A stretch of 64,000 nucleotides of DNA, taken from positions 133,655-197,654 of the forward strand of contig CAZQXN010000001.1 in the NCBI GenBank assembly GCA_964597545.1, in the 5' to 3' direction. This document shows, piece by piece, positions 28,240 through 37,112 of the stretch. The stretch comes from an uncultured Planctomycetia bacterium. Its GTDB lineage: Bacteria > Omnitrophota > Gorgyraeia > 1-14-0-20-64-10. A model generated the notes under the pieces. It saw nothing but the letters and a program-made list of their open reading frames with translations, was not told the DNA's origin and did no database searches. Position 1 is the first letter of the stretch. Each line of letters opens with the position of its first letter. Position numbers and translations under genes: made by a program.

Positions 28240-28926
28240 GTGGACGCCAAACAATACTACGAATGGTACAATCGGGACAATCCCTCCTCTGCCTACACCC
28301 CCGAAAATGAGGCTACCTTCTCCCAAAGATTAGCATGGTTTCTTAAGAACATCCCCCCTGAAGCAAGGGTGTTGGATTATGGCTGCGGAGAGGGGGTATT
28401 GTTGGCCAGCTTGAGCAGGCAGGGCAACATTCATGCAGAGTCCTGTGGAGTCGACATCGCGGAGAATGCGATTCGAAAAGCTTCTGCCCGATTCCCCGAA
28501 CTCAAGTTCTCCTGTACCAGTCGCAACGGAACTGTTCCGTTCCCAGACGAATCCTACGATGCCATTGTTGCCTCAGAAGTTATCGAACACATATTTGACG
28601 CTGATGGGCTGTTTAAAGAATTCCGTCGCCTCCTGCGCCCCTGTGGCCGACTGCTGCTGTCGTGTCCCTACCATGGTTTCCTCAAAGACTTAGCCATCCT
28701 GCTGAGCGGCAAGATGGATAAGCATTACCACGACCCCCGCTCTAGTCACATTCGATACTACTCGCCTGCCACGTTGCGAGCGGTGCACGAAAAGCATGGC
28801 TTGCGCCTCATCAAGCAAAATGGCGTTGGGAGGGTCCCCTTCCTATGGAACAGCATGGTGACAGTGGCAACCAAACATGCCGAGGGTCCAAAACCTGATG
28901 TTCCTTGGGCGGAGAGAGGGGGTTAG
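28240..28926 (+). CDS. Class I SAM methyltransferase (type 11)
   Basis: RVLDYGCGEGVLLASL is motif I. DAIVASEVIEHIFD. Confidence 0.65.
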   Translation: MDAKQYYEWYNRDNPSSAYTPENEATFSQRLAWFLKNIPPEARVLDYGCGEGVLLASLSRQGNIHAESCGVDIAENAIRKASARFPELKFSCTSRNGTVPFPDESYDAIVASEVIEHIFDADGLFKEFRRLLRPCGRLLLSCPYHGFLKDLAILLSGKMDKHYHDPRSSHIRYYSPATLRAVHEKHGLRLIKQNGVGRVPFLWNSMVTVATKHAEGPKPDVPWAERGG

Positions 28927-30058
28927 GGTACGCGTGCGCATCCATTATGACGCGTTCGGGCGCATTGCGCTGATTGTTGGTTTCGGACTTGCTTTGGGCT
29001 TGTTGCTAAGCGAAGCCTTCGTCAGAATGGTCGGTGTTAGGGCCGGTTATGGCAGCGCCGTTATCGTCTCTGACCCTACTTTACATCACGTCCACCAGTC
29101 CAATTATGAGTTTGTTGTATACGATCCGTCAGGAGAATTCGGAGGCCATAGGGTTCGATACGATCAAGAGGGGCTGGTGGTGAATCCGGAGGGGGGACGC
29201 GACGGCCCATCCAGGGCACCGGACATCCGGATTGCTTTGATGGGCGACAGCTTTGTCGAAGCGGCTCAAGTGCCTTATGAAATGTCTTTCGCCGGGATCT
29301 TGGGCCGCGCCGCAAAAGAGGGAGTGGAGATAAGAAACTATGGTTGCAGCACTTACAGCCCGATTCTCTACTGCCTGCAATGGAAAACGTGGGTCAGCCG
29401 GTACCGGCCAACGCACGTACTCCTTCTCCTGCACGTGTATGACGTCGTACAGGATGCAGAATTGGCTTCCATCGCTCAATTCAACGAGGCCGGCGATCCG
29501 ATCGCCGTGCCAGGCCCAGGTTCGACCTGGTGGAAAATCCTCCTGAGGAAATCCCACCTTTTTCGCTTTGGCAAGAAGGTCTGTGTGAAGCTGGCGTGGT
29601 GGTTTAAAAATCGCCACCGAGACCCTCAACCTGTCGCCGGGGATTACGTCGAGGAGAATCTCGACATTACAGAGCGAACAACCGCTTACGTCATGAAGCT
29701 GTATAAAGCGGTCCGAGCCTCAGGGGGTGAATTCATCCTGGCAGCCGTTCCGTCCAAGTACCGACTAGAGAGAGGAACTCGCTATCTGGGCACGCCTGAA
29801 TTCTCTGACCGGTGGAAAAAATGGGCCAAGGAGCGGGCGATCCCCTTCTTGAATCTTGTGGAGCTCTTCTGGGAAGCTGCGGAAGAGGGCAAGTCGTTGT
29901 ACTTCCAGAAGGACATCCATTGGACCGAGTGTGGGCATCGCATCGTCGCTCAGTCCGTTATGGATGCCTATCCCAATTTATTCGGGAACGCTCAACAAAA
30001 CGAGAAGGGGTTCCATACCTTGCAACGAGCATCCGTGGGGTACAATACAAGGCAGTGA
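28877..30058 (+). CDS. Membrane-anchored SGNH/GDSL-hydrolase-like protein (AlgX/AlgJ-like, possible polysaccharide O-acyl transferase or esterase)
   Basis: N-terminal TM segment, then IALMGDSFVEAAQ (GDS block I). The start is uncertain because it overlaps the upstream MT gene by 50 nt. Confidence 0.45.
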   Translation: MPRVQNLMFLGRREGVRVRVRIHYDAFGRIALIVGFGLALGLLLSEAFVRMVGVRAGYGSAVIVSDPTLHHVHQSNYEFVVYDPSGEFGGHRVRYDQEGLVVNPEGGRDGPSRAPDIRIALMGDSFVEAAQVPYEMSFAGILGRAAKEGVEIRNYGCSTYSPILYCLQWKTWVSRYRPTHVLLLLHVYDVVQDAELASIAQFNEAGDPIAVPGPGSTWWKILLRKSHLFRFGKKVCVKLAWWFKNRHRDPQPVAGDYVEENLDITERTTAYVMKLYKAVRASGGEFILAAVPSKYRLERGTRYLGTPEFSDRWKKWAKERAIPFLNLVELFWEAAEEGKSLYFQKDIHWTECGHRIVAQSVMDAYPNLFGNAQQNEKGFHTLQRASVGYNTRQ

Positions 30059-30065
30059 TGGGCTC

Positions 30066-30935
30066 ATGAAAAACCTTCTGATATCTCTGCGGCCGCAGCA
30101 ATGGATTAAGAACCTGTTCGTCCTTCTTCCGCTTATCTTTGGCGGGAAGCTATTGTCTTACCCGGCCAACCTCACCGCAGCAGCGGCTGTCTTCCTTTTC
30201 TCCATCGCTTCTGGCGTCGTCTACCTGATCAATGACTTAATGGATCTGGAGCGGGACCGATCTGATCCGGCCAAGCGTATCCGGCCCGTGGCGTCTGGCA
30301 AGATTACGCCTGTGCAGGCAGCAGTGGCAGCACTCATTCTCGGAGCGTTGTGTGCCATTGGGGCATTTGCGCTGAACGCTGCTTTCGGATGGATCATCAT
30401 TGCTTATTGGAGCCTCAACCTCCTCTATAGCGCACGGCTCAAGGAAGTGGTGATCCTTGATGTCTTCTGCATTGGGGGTTTCTTCATGTTGAGAATCCTA
30501 GCAGGCGGGGCAGTGGCTCAGGTTGCCCTTTCTCACTGGATTCTCTTCTCGGCGGGGCTGTTGGCGCTGTTTTTGGGGTTCAACAAGCGCCGTCAGGAAC
30601 TGGTGCATCTGGGTGAAAAATCGGTGCAACACCGGAAAGTCCTGCGACGCTATTCCGCCTATTTCATCGACCAGCTGATTGGCGCCATCACAGCTTCCAT
30701 TGTCATCGTTTACATGCTCTATACGGTTGACGAAGCAACTGTGGTTCGCGTGGGATCCAGCCGTCTGATTTACAGCATTCCTTTTGTGTACTACGGAATC
30801 TTTCGGTACCTCTACCTCATCCACGAAAGGCGCGGGCCCGGAGACCCCACTCAGGTTTTGCTCTCAGACCGAACGCTCCAGTTAAACATTCTGGCGTGGT
30901 TGGCTGTCTGCATCGCCGTCATCTACCTGCCGTGA
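30066..30935 (+). CDS. UbiA-superfamily polyprenyl-phosphate phosphoribosyltransferase, DPPR-synthase-like
   Basis: YLINDLMDLERDRSDPAKRIRPVASG is an NDxxDxxxD motif followed by a KRxRPxASG motif, as characterised in decaprenyl-phosphate 5-phosphoribosyltransferase homologs. Multi-TM. Start at MKNLLISL. Confidence 0.6.
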   Translation: MKNLLISLRPQQWIKNLFVLLPLIFGGKLLSYPANLTAAAAVFLFSIASGVVYLINDLMDLERDRSDPAKRIRPVASGKITPVQAAVAALILGALCAIGAFALNAAFGWIIIAYWSLNLLYSARLKEVVILDVFCIGGFFMLRILAGGAVAQVALSHWILFSAGLLALFLGFNKRRQELVHLGEKSVQHRKVLRRYSAYFIDQLIGAITASIVIVYMLYTVDEATVVRVGSSRLIYSIPFVYYGIFRYLYLIHERRGPGDPTQVLLSDRTLQLNILAWLAVCIAVIYLP

Positions 30936-30955
30936 GACAAGGGCTGCGGGGCCCC

Positions 30956-30985
30956 TTGACTGACGATCGGGCTCTCGCGTAGAAT
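30956..30985 (+). promoter_or_regulatory. Near-consensus sigma70-like promoter (TTGACT-18-TAGAAT)
   Basis: Seen directly, ~50 nt upstream of the APC-Usp gene. Confidence 0.4.
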
Positions 30986-30993
30986 GACCTTAA

Positions 30994-31020
30994 CCCTTCG
31001 GAGTGTTCCGGAGGGTTTTT
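30994..31020 (+). terminator. Intrinsic terminator-like hairpin (CCCTTCGG-AGTGTT-CCGGAGGG + TTTTT)
   Basis: 8-bp stem with one G-U pair, then a U-tract. Lies 60 nt downstream of the UbiA-like gene stop and directly after the -10 above. Confidence 0.5.
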
Positions 31021-31036
31021 CCGCTACTGAACACAG

Positions 31037-32920
31037 ATGCCTCCTGAACGGGAAATAGACCTCTCGGATGAGAGCTTAAGCCGGCGGCACGTCGTCACCC
31101 GCAAGAAGGGGGCGTTGCGCCGTCTGCTGGGTGCCACCTCCCTCTTTGCCATCGGCTACGGGGATGTGGGTTCCTCCATCTACTACGCCCTGGGGGTCAC
31201 CGCTGCCTTTGCCTTAGGGGCAGCCCCCATCGCAATCCTGATCGCCGGAATCTTCTTTATTTTTACGGTCCTCACCTATGCGGAGCTGTCCGCCTCTATA
31301 CCGGAATCAGGAGGAGCGCAGGTCTTTGCCCGGCGGGCCTTCGGAGATGTGGCTTCCTTCATCGCTGGATGGGCCCTGTTGCTGGACTATGTCCTGACCG
31401 CCGCCATCTCCGCCTATGCGGTAGCGCCCTATCTGGGTTATTTCTGGCCGGTTCTTAAAACCGTCCCGGGCCACTTGATGTTTACGGCACTGCTCCTGTT
31501 CGCCTTGGGGGTCTTGAACATTGCCGGAGTTCGAGAATCCACCCGAGTCAGCCTTGGACTCGCGATCATGGGGATCATCACGCAGGGGGCCATTGTTATT
31601 GTAGGGTTCTTCGTGGTCTTCAACCTGCCCAAGCTGATCAGCCAGATTCAGTGGGGCGTTGCCCCCACGTGGAGCAATTTGATCTACGGTATCTCCATTG
31701 CCATGGTCGCCTATACCGGCATTGAGGCGGTGTCGCAACTCTCGGGGGAGGCGGTCGACCCCGGCCGCAAGGTGCCTCGAGCAATGCTCTCGACCCTGGT
31801 GACGGTGCTCGTCATGTATCTAGGGATCTCTGTCATCGCGCTGTCTGCCATGACGCCGGAGGAGCTGGGAACCCGCTGGGTGAATGATCCGATGGCCGGC
31901 ATTGCCGCGAACACACCGGTGCTGGGGCCCTATTTATCCCCCTGGATTGCTGTGCTGGGCGCTGCGATCCTGACGATTGCTGCCAACGCCGGGGTCATTG
32001 GCGCATCCCGCTTGGCCTACTCCATGGCCAACAGCTATCAGCTGCCGCCCTTCTTTGGTCGGCTCCACCCCAAGTCAAAAACACCGTATCTCGCGATTGC
32101 CACCTTCACGATAATCGGCATCATCATTGTTCTGGCCGCCCGGCACCTCAAGGTGTTGGCCGACCTGTACAACTTCGGAGCCATGCTCGCCTTCTCGATG
32201 GCGCATCTCTCCCTGATCGGGCTGCGGTGTAAGGAACCTAAGCTCGCGCGCCCCTTTAAGCTCAGGCCCCATCTGAAAATCGCCGGCAGAGAAATCCCGA
32301 TCACGGCAATTCTCGGCTTCTGTGCGACCTTTACGGTGTGGTTGATTGTGGTCTTTACCCATGTCCATGGGCGCAATCTCGGTTTTATCTGGATGGGGGT
32401 GGGTGTCCTCCTCTACGCCTGGTACCGCAAGCGCTCACAACTGCCTGTTATGGAAACGGTGGAGATCGAGAATGTAGATCTGCCTGAGTACCAAGCGATG
32501 GAGATCAAGTCGATCTTGGTCCCCATTACAGCAGGCCCCCTGGGAGAGAATCTTCACTTTGCCTGCCAACTGGCCAAGGAGCATGAGGGAGCGCATGTGA
32601 CGGCTCTGTGTGTCATCGAGGTTCCCTCTACCCTGCCGCTGGACACCTTCTTGCCGGAGAAGCTTGCGGTGACCGACGCTGCCTTGAAGCGGGCCATGGC
32701 GGTCGGCCGGGAGTTCGGCCTCCAAGTCGCCACCCACTTAACGCAGGCTCGCTCCGCAGGGCAAGCGATTGTGGCCCTTGCCAAGGAGAAGAAGTTCGAG
32801 GTGATCGCCGTGGGGACCTCCTATCGGCGGGGTGCTTCGGCCTGGATGGGGTCAACCACCGAGTATGTGGTGCGCAATGCCCCCTGCCGGGTCCTCATCT
32901 GTAAATCCGCTACGAAGTGA
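31037..32920 (+). CDS. APC-family amino acid/polyamine permease fused to a C-terminal UspA (universal stress protein) domain
   Basis: 12-TM APC core (LLGATSLFAIGYGDVGSSIYYALG). C-terminal ~140 aa carries a USP fold (ILVPITAGPLGEN...EVIAVGTSYRRGASAWMGSTTEYVVRNAPCRVLI). Confidence 0.7.
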   Translation: MPPEREIDLSDESLSRRHVVTRKKGALRRLLGATSLFAIGYGDVGSSIYYALGVTAAFALGAAPIAILIAGIFFIFTVLTYAELSASIPESGGAQVFARRAFGDVASFIAGWALLLDYVLTAAISAYAVAPYLGYFWPVLKTVPGHLMFTALLLFALGVLNIAGVRESTRVSLGLAIMGIITQGAIVIVGFFVVFNLPKLISQIQWGVAPTWSNLIYGISIAMVAYTGIEAVSQLSGEAVDPGRKVPRAMLSTLVTVLVMYLGISVIALSAMTPEELGTRWVNDPMAGIAANTPVLGPYLSPWIAVLGAAILTIAANAGVIGASRLAYSMANSYQLPPFFGRLHPKSKTPYLAIATFTIIGIIIVLAARHLKVLADLYNFGAMLAFSMAHLSLIGLRCKEPKLARPFKLRPHLKIAGREIPITAILGFCATFTVWLIVVFTHVHGRNLGFIWMGVGVLLYAWYRKRSQLPVMETVEIENVDLPEYQAMEIKSILVPITAGPLGENLHFACQLAKEHEGAHVTALCVIEVPSTLPLDTFLPEKLAVTDAALKRAMAVGREFGLQVATHLTQARSAGQAIVALAKEKKFEVIAVGTSYRRGASAWMGSTTEYVVRNAPCRVLICKSATK

Positions 32921-32936
32921 TAGAATAAAACATCGT

Positions 32937-33012
32937 GCCGAGGTAGCTCAGGTGGTAGAGCGCGGCCCTGAAAAGGCCGGCGTCGGCGGTTCAACTCCGT
33001 CCCTCGGCACCA
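32937..33012 (+). tRNA. tRNA-Phe (anticodon GAA)
   Basis: Acceptor GCCGAGG/CCUCGGC, D-arm GCUCAGGUGGUAGAGC, anticodon stem CGGCC/GGCCG with loop CUGAAAA, T-arm GGCGG-UUCAACU-CCGUC, encoded CCA. Confidence 0.85.
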
Positions 33013-33037
33013 TCCCTTGGATGAAGCGTCACCTCTA

Positions 33038-33436
33038 ATGCCTATACCTAGAATCCTCTTTGTCTGCACTCAGAATGCCGGTCGATCCCAAATGGCTGAG
33101 GCCTTTGCCGGCGTGTTGGGGGGAGGTGTTGTGGAAGCCTTCAGCGCCGGATCCAAACCTGCCGATCAAGTACATCCTCAGGTTGTCCAGGTCATGCTGG
33201 AGCGCGGAATCGATCTTGGCAGCAAGACACCTAAGGGACTGAAGGACCTTCCGGAAGGTGTATTTGATATTGTTGTCGGGATGGGCTGCGAAGATGCTTG
33301 CCCGGCGCAGCGGGCCGGCAAGGTAATCGCTTGGGATATTCCAGACCCCAAAAACCAATCGGTTAAACGGGTGCGGGAAATCCGCGATCAGATTGAGGGG
33401 CAGGTCAAAGTACTCTTAAGGGGGCTCTCAGGCTAG
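33038..33436 (+). CDS. Arsenate reductase / low-molecular-weight protein-tyrosine-phosphatase family (ArsC-LMWP type)
   Basis: ILFVCTQNAGRSQMAEA matches the CX5R(S) P-loop. Start at the internal Met MPIPRILF. Confidence 0.6.
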   Translation: MPIPRILFVCTQNAGRSQMAEAFAGVLGGGVVEAFSAGSKPADQVHPQVVQVMLERGIDLGSKTPKGLKDLPEGVFDIVVGMGCEDACPAQRAGKVIAWDIPDPKNQSVKRVREIRDQIEGQVKVLLRGLSG

Positions 33437-34005
33437 AGGGCGCGGCTCCCCGGCTTGACGAGGGGCACCCCCTCCTTGCACAGGGGGCAGTCGGCCGGAG
33501 AGAAGGTCTTGACGCTTAAGCTCATCAGGGCGTGACACTTCACATCAAAAGAGGCCCATCCCCCGGAGCGGTCCACCAAGGCCCCGACCCCTACCACAAC
33601 GGCTCCGGTATCCCGGGTGAGTCGAATGAGCTCCTCCACTGAGCCCCCTGTGGTAACGACATCCTCGACCACAAGGACCCGGTCTTGGGGGCCTACCTGG
33701 AAACCGCGCCTGAACTTAAGCGCCCCCTCCTCCCGTTCGGCAAAAACAGAACGAACCCCCAGCTGTCGGGCGGTCTCATACCCCACGACAATACCCCCCA
33801 ATGCCGGCGCGGCAACGCAGGTCACCTCGTCACCGGCAAAGCGCTCCGCCAGCGCTTCGCAAACGCGAGCGGCTATGGTGGGATGTTGAAGGATGCCGCT
33901 GCACTGGAGATACTCGGCGCTGTGGAGGCCGCTGGAGAGGACAAAGTGCCCCTCCTTCCAGGCGCTGCAGGCCTGAAAGAGTCGCATGGCTTCGCTCGGT
34001 CGCAT
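33433..34005 (-). CDS. pyrE: Orotate phosphoribosyltransferase
   Basis: Start at MRPSEAMRLFQ. PRPP-binding VLVVEDVVTTGGS. Abuts the response-regulator stop. Confidence 0.75.
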   Translation of the reverse strand: MRPSEAMRLFQACSAWKEGHFVLSSGLHSAEYLQCSGILQHPTIAARVCEALAERFAGDEVTCVAAPALGGIVVGYETARQLGVRSVFAEREEGALKFRRGFQVGPQDRVLVVEDVVTTGGSVEELIRLTRDTGAVVVGVGALVDRSGGWASFDVKCHALMSLSVKTFSPADCPLCKEGVPLVKPGSRAL

Positions 34006-34009
34006 GGGG

Positions 34010-34819
34010 TTACGCTCCCTCTGAGATGATCTTAAGCCCCCGGCCCTCGGCTGCCCGCTGGATGGCAGCTTCAAGCTTCTGCATCTGCTGTTCGGAAACA
34101 TTCCATCTTCCCGGACCCAGCGAGGGAATGGCATGGAGGATGACCTCCTTGGGCTCGCCGGAGGCTGTGCCCAAATCAGCGGCCAGCTTGCCCGCAGCCA
34201 CTCCCAGGGGCAGCCGCGTGCCGTCTAAAACCACCAAGTGCGGCTTAAAGGTGCTCAGCAATTCAAAGGCCCCTTCCGGAGTGCAAGCCAAGGCAAGTTC
34301 ATACTGTTCCTGGCGCTGCGCGCTCTCGAAAAAGGGCTTAAGAAAATTCTCGTACATCTTCTGAGATCCCTCTACAAAAAGCAATCGGACTTTTCCGGAG
34401 GCAGCAGCGCTTTTCTTGGCAGAAGAAGCCGGCTTGGTCCCTTCCAAGAGGGTGCTGACGGTCTGGGTCAAAATCTCTAGGGTGACCGGCTTGACCATGA
34501 CAGCTTCAGGCTTGAAATGGTCCAACTCCTGCTGGTAGCGCTCGGAGTGTCCGGTAACCACCAGGACCTTAATCTCTGGATGCTTCTCGCGGATCTCCCG
34601 GAAAACCTCAATGCCGTCAATGCCGGGCATCTGAAGATCCAACATCAATAGGTCTGGCGGTTTTTGCTCAATGCGCTTAAGGGCCTGGTCTCCGTAGAAA
34701 GCGCGGCTGACCTCATACCCTTTATTCTTGAAGAACGCTTCTAAAGAAAGGGTGACTGTCGCCTCGTCGTCCACGATTAAGATGCTGCCCAAGGGGCGGC
34801 CTTCGATCGACTTCCCCAT
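34010..34819 (-). CDS. Response regulator (N-terminal REC domain, C-terminal REC-like or unknown domain)
   Basis: ILIVDDEATVTL...DLLMLDLQMPGIDGIEV...KVLVVTGH is the receiver domain with the phospho-acceptor Asp. Confidence 0.6.
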   Translation of the reverse strand: MGKSIEGRPLGSILIVDDEATVTLSLEAFFKNKGYEVSRAFYGDQALKRIEQKPPDLLMLDLQMPGIDGIEVFREIREKHPEIKVLVVTGHSERYQQELDHFKPEAVMVKPVTLEILTQTVSTLLEGTKPASSAKKSAAASGKVRLLFVEGSQKMYENFLKPFFESAQRQEQYELALACTPEGAFELLSTFKPHLVVLDGTRLPLGVAAGKLAADLGTASGEPKEVILHAIPSLGPGRWNVSEQQMQKLEAAIQRAAEGRGLKIISEGA

Positions 34820-34820
34820 T

Positions 34821-35609
34821 CTACTGGCTCCCCTTGCATTCCTGCAGAATTTCCTGCGCTGCCTTGACAGGATCCGGAGCCTCTAGGATGGGCCGGCCCA
34901 CCACCAGATAGTCGGCACCCGCCTGAATAGCCGCGGAGGGGCTGGCAGTCCGCTGCTGGTCATCCTTCTTTTTCGGCGCGGCACCTGATGTCTCTTTACG
35001 CGCAGCTGCGGAAAAGGGGTCTGGAGCTTGAAGCCGAATGCCTGGTGTCACAATGATAAAGTCGTCTCCGCAGGTCCACCGCACTGCCTGCGCTTCCTGG
35101 GCAGAGGCCACAATGCCGTTTAGGCCCGCTGATTTGGCAAGCTTGGCCAGATAGAGCACTTGATCTTTCAGGGTCTTGCGCATTCTCAAATCCGCCAAAT
35201 CCTTGCTGGCCATGGAGGTCAGAACCGTCACGCCAATGACAAGGGGTGGTTTGCCCCCTTTGCGGCTGGCCTCCTCCTTGACGGCCTCTACGGTCTTGCG
35301 CATCATGGCAGACCCCCCTTGGATATGCAGGTTGGTCATCCAGACCCCAAGCTGCATGGCTGCTCGGGTTGCTCGGGCCACTGTAGAGGGGATATCGTGG
35401 AATTTGAGATCCAGAAAGATCTTCCCGCCACAGGCGCAAACCGCCTCCACAGCGGCCGGCCCTGCCAGCGTAAAAAGGGAAAGGCCGATCTTGTAATGGG
35501 TAATTCCAAGCGGTGTTAAGCTTTTTACCAGCCGTGTGGCTTCGTCAACCCCCGGCACATCCAGGGCAACGATCAAACGCTCTTGGGGCTTTGGCTTCTC
35601 AGGTGACAC
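34821..35609 (-). CDS. pyrF: Orotidine-5'-phosphate decarboxylase
   Basis: LIVALDVP...IFLDLKFHDIP matches the OMPdecase signature. Confidence 0.75.
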   Translation of the reverse strand: MSPEKPKPQERLIVALDVPGVDEATRLVKSLTPLGITHYKIGLSLFTLAGPAAVEAVCACGGKIFLDLKFHDIPSTVARATRAAMQLGVWMTNLHIQGGSAMMRKTVEAVKEEASRKGGKPPLVIGVTVLTSMASKDLADLRMRKTLKDQVLYLAKLAKSAGLNGIVASAQEAQAVRWTCGDDFIIVTPGIRLQAPDPFSAAARKETSGAAPKKKDDQQRTASPSAAIQAGADYLVVGRPILEAPDPVKAAQEILQECKGSQ

Positions 35610-36588
35610 GCTTGGTTCTCCGCTGTTTCTGGCCCAACGCAGCTTGAGGTATACCTAAAAGCCGCTCGGGCGTCTTAAGTTTCCCGATGAGCTCTCTGGC
35701 AGAGGTGAGCCTGCGGGAAGTGAGGTATCGCTTCAACCCCTCCAGGATCTCCAGGGGCGCCGCGGGATTAATGTAATTGGCGGTGCCCACCTCAACGGCT
35801 GAAGCGCCGCACAGCATGAATTCAACTGCATCCTCGGCCGTCATGATACCACCGATTCCAACCAGCGGCACTTTAGGGAAGGCGCGATGGACTTGCCAAA
35901 CCATGCGCAGCGCAACCGGCTTGATGGCCGGACCGGACAAGCCACCGGTCACCGTGGCAATGCGGGGCCGCCAGCTCTTGGCGTCCACAGCCGTCGCCAA
36001 TAGGGTGTTGATCAGCGAAAGGGCGTCTGCACCGGCCTCCACGGCTGCGCGGGCGGTGGAGGTAATGTCGGTCACATTGGGGGAGAGCTTTACGATGAGC
36101 GGCAGCCGCGTCGCCTTGCGCACACGCTTCACCACCTGGTAGGTGAGCTTGGGGTCTATGCCGAACTCGATGCCGCCCCGCTCGCAGTTGGGGCAGGAGA
36201 TGTTGAGCTCCAGCCCCGCAATCCCCTTTGCCTGACCCAACCGCCGCGCCAAGGCAGCATACTCGGCCACCGATTCCCCGGCCAGATTGACGATGACCTT
36301 GGCCTTTTTGAGACGGCGCAAAAAGGGAAGTTTCTCGGAAAGGAACCGCTCCAATCCCACATTCTGCAGCCCAATCGCATTGAGCATCCCGGAAGCGGTC
36401 TCAAAGATCCGGGGGGAAGGGTTGCCTGGACGGGCTCGAAGTGAGATCGCCTTGGTCACCAACCCCCCTAAGCGATCGACGTTGTAGAGGCGGTGGTACT
36501 CCGGACCATAACCAAAGGTGCCGGAGGCAACCATGACCGGGTTCTGGAGTTTCAGCTTGCCTATGCGGATACTCAGATCAACTGCCAT
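35599..36588 (-). CDS. pyrD: Dihydroorotate dehydrogenase catalytic subunit (class 1B type)
   Basis: NPVMVASGTFGYG...GLELNISCPN...GIGGI. Pairs with pyrK downstream. Confidence 0.8.
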   Translation of the reverse strand: MAVDLSIRIGKLKLQNPVMVASGTFGYGPEYHRLYNVDRLGGLVTKAISLRARPGNPSPRIFETASGMLNAIGLQNVGLERFLSEKLPFLRRLKKAKVIVNLAGESVAEYAALARRLGQAKGIAGLELNISCPNCERGGIEFGIDPKLTYQVVKRVRKATRLPLIVKLSPNVTDITSTARAAVEAGADALSLINTLLATAVDAKSWRPRIATVTGGLSGPAIKPVALRMVWQVHRAFPKVPLVGIGGIMTAEDAVEFMLCGASAVEVGTANYINPAAPLEILEGLKRYLTSRRLTSARELIGKLKTPERLLGIPQAALGQKQRRTKRVT

Positions 36589-36593
36589 TTCCC

Positions 36594-37010
36594 CTACTCC
36601 TTAATCTTAAAGAACTGCATTGCAACCACAGTGCCGATGACGAGGGCTGTGGTAAAGATGCCGCTTAAGTAAGGAGCCAACCACTGCGCTGTAAAGACCC
36701 CCACCCCGATAAAGAAGATGGTCTTGCCTGTCATCAAGGCAAACAGCAATCCATAGTTTAAGTTCCCGCGGCGCTCCAACCAAATGGTTTTAATGCCCTT
36801 TTTGGGGAACCCCCCAAGGTAGCGCCACTTGGCCAACCCATCAATCACCAACCCGGCGCCGATCAAACCCCATCCCCAGGGCCGTAAGGCATCGGAGGCG
36901 ACAATGCCTATCACAAGACCCATCAAAGAGTTGCCGGCAAGGCTTAGGGCGATCAGCTCAAAACTGACCTTTCCCCGGCGCTTCAACCACATCTGCCTTG
37001 GGCTATCCAC
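36594..37010 (-). CDS. Hypothetical small membrane protein (4 TM) embedded in the pyr operon
   Basis: Hydrophobic 138-aa ORF between pyrK and pyrD. Confidence 0.35.
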   Translation of the reverse strand: MDSPRQMWLKRRGKVSFELIALSLAGNSLMGLVIGIVASDALRPWGWGLIGAGLVIDGLAKWRYLGGFPKKGIKTIWLERRGNLNYGLLFALMTGKTIFFIGVGVFTAQWLAPYLSGIFTTALVIGTVVAMQFFKIKE

Positions 37011-37016
37011 GGCTCA

Positions 37017-37112
37017 CCTCCGCAGGGTTTGACCCTTTTGTACATGCGCGCCGCATCGTTCTGTACGAAAGGGTCTGACCCTTTTGTACATGCTGCCCTT
37101 TTGTACAAGGGT
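37017..37112. repeat. Tandem copies of a palindromic element (GGGTYTGACCCTTTTGTACATGC x2 plus a partial third), GGG-variant of the AAAGGGGTCWGACCCCTTT family
   Basis: Seen directly in the pyrK / membrane-protein intergenic space. Each unit folds into a ~12-bp hairpin on the mRNA strand. Confidence 0.55.

Noticed and set aside
32821-33069. ORFs 32821..33069 (-) and 32832..33038 (+)
   Set aside because: Both overlap tRNA-Phe. There is no coding signal.
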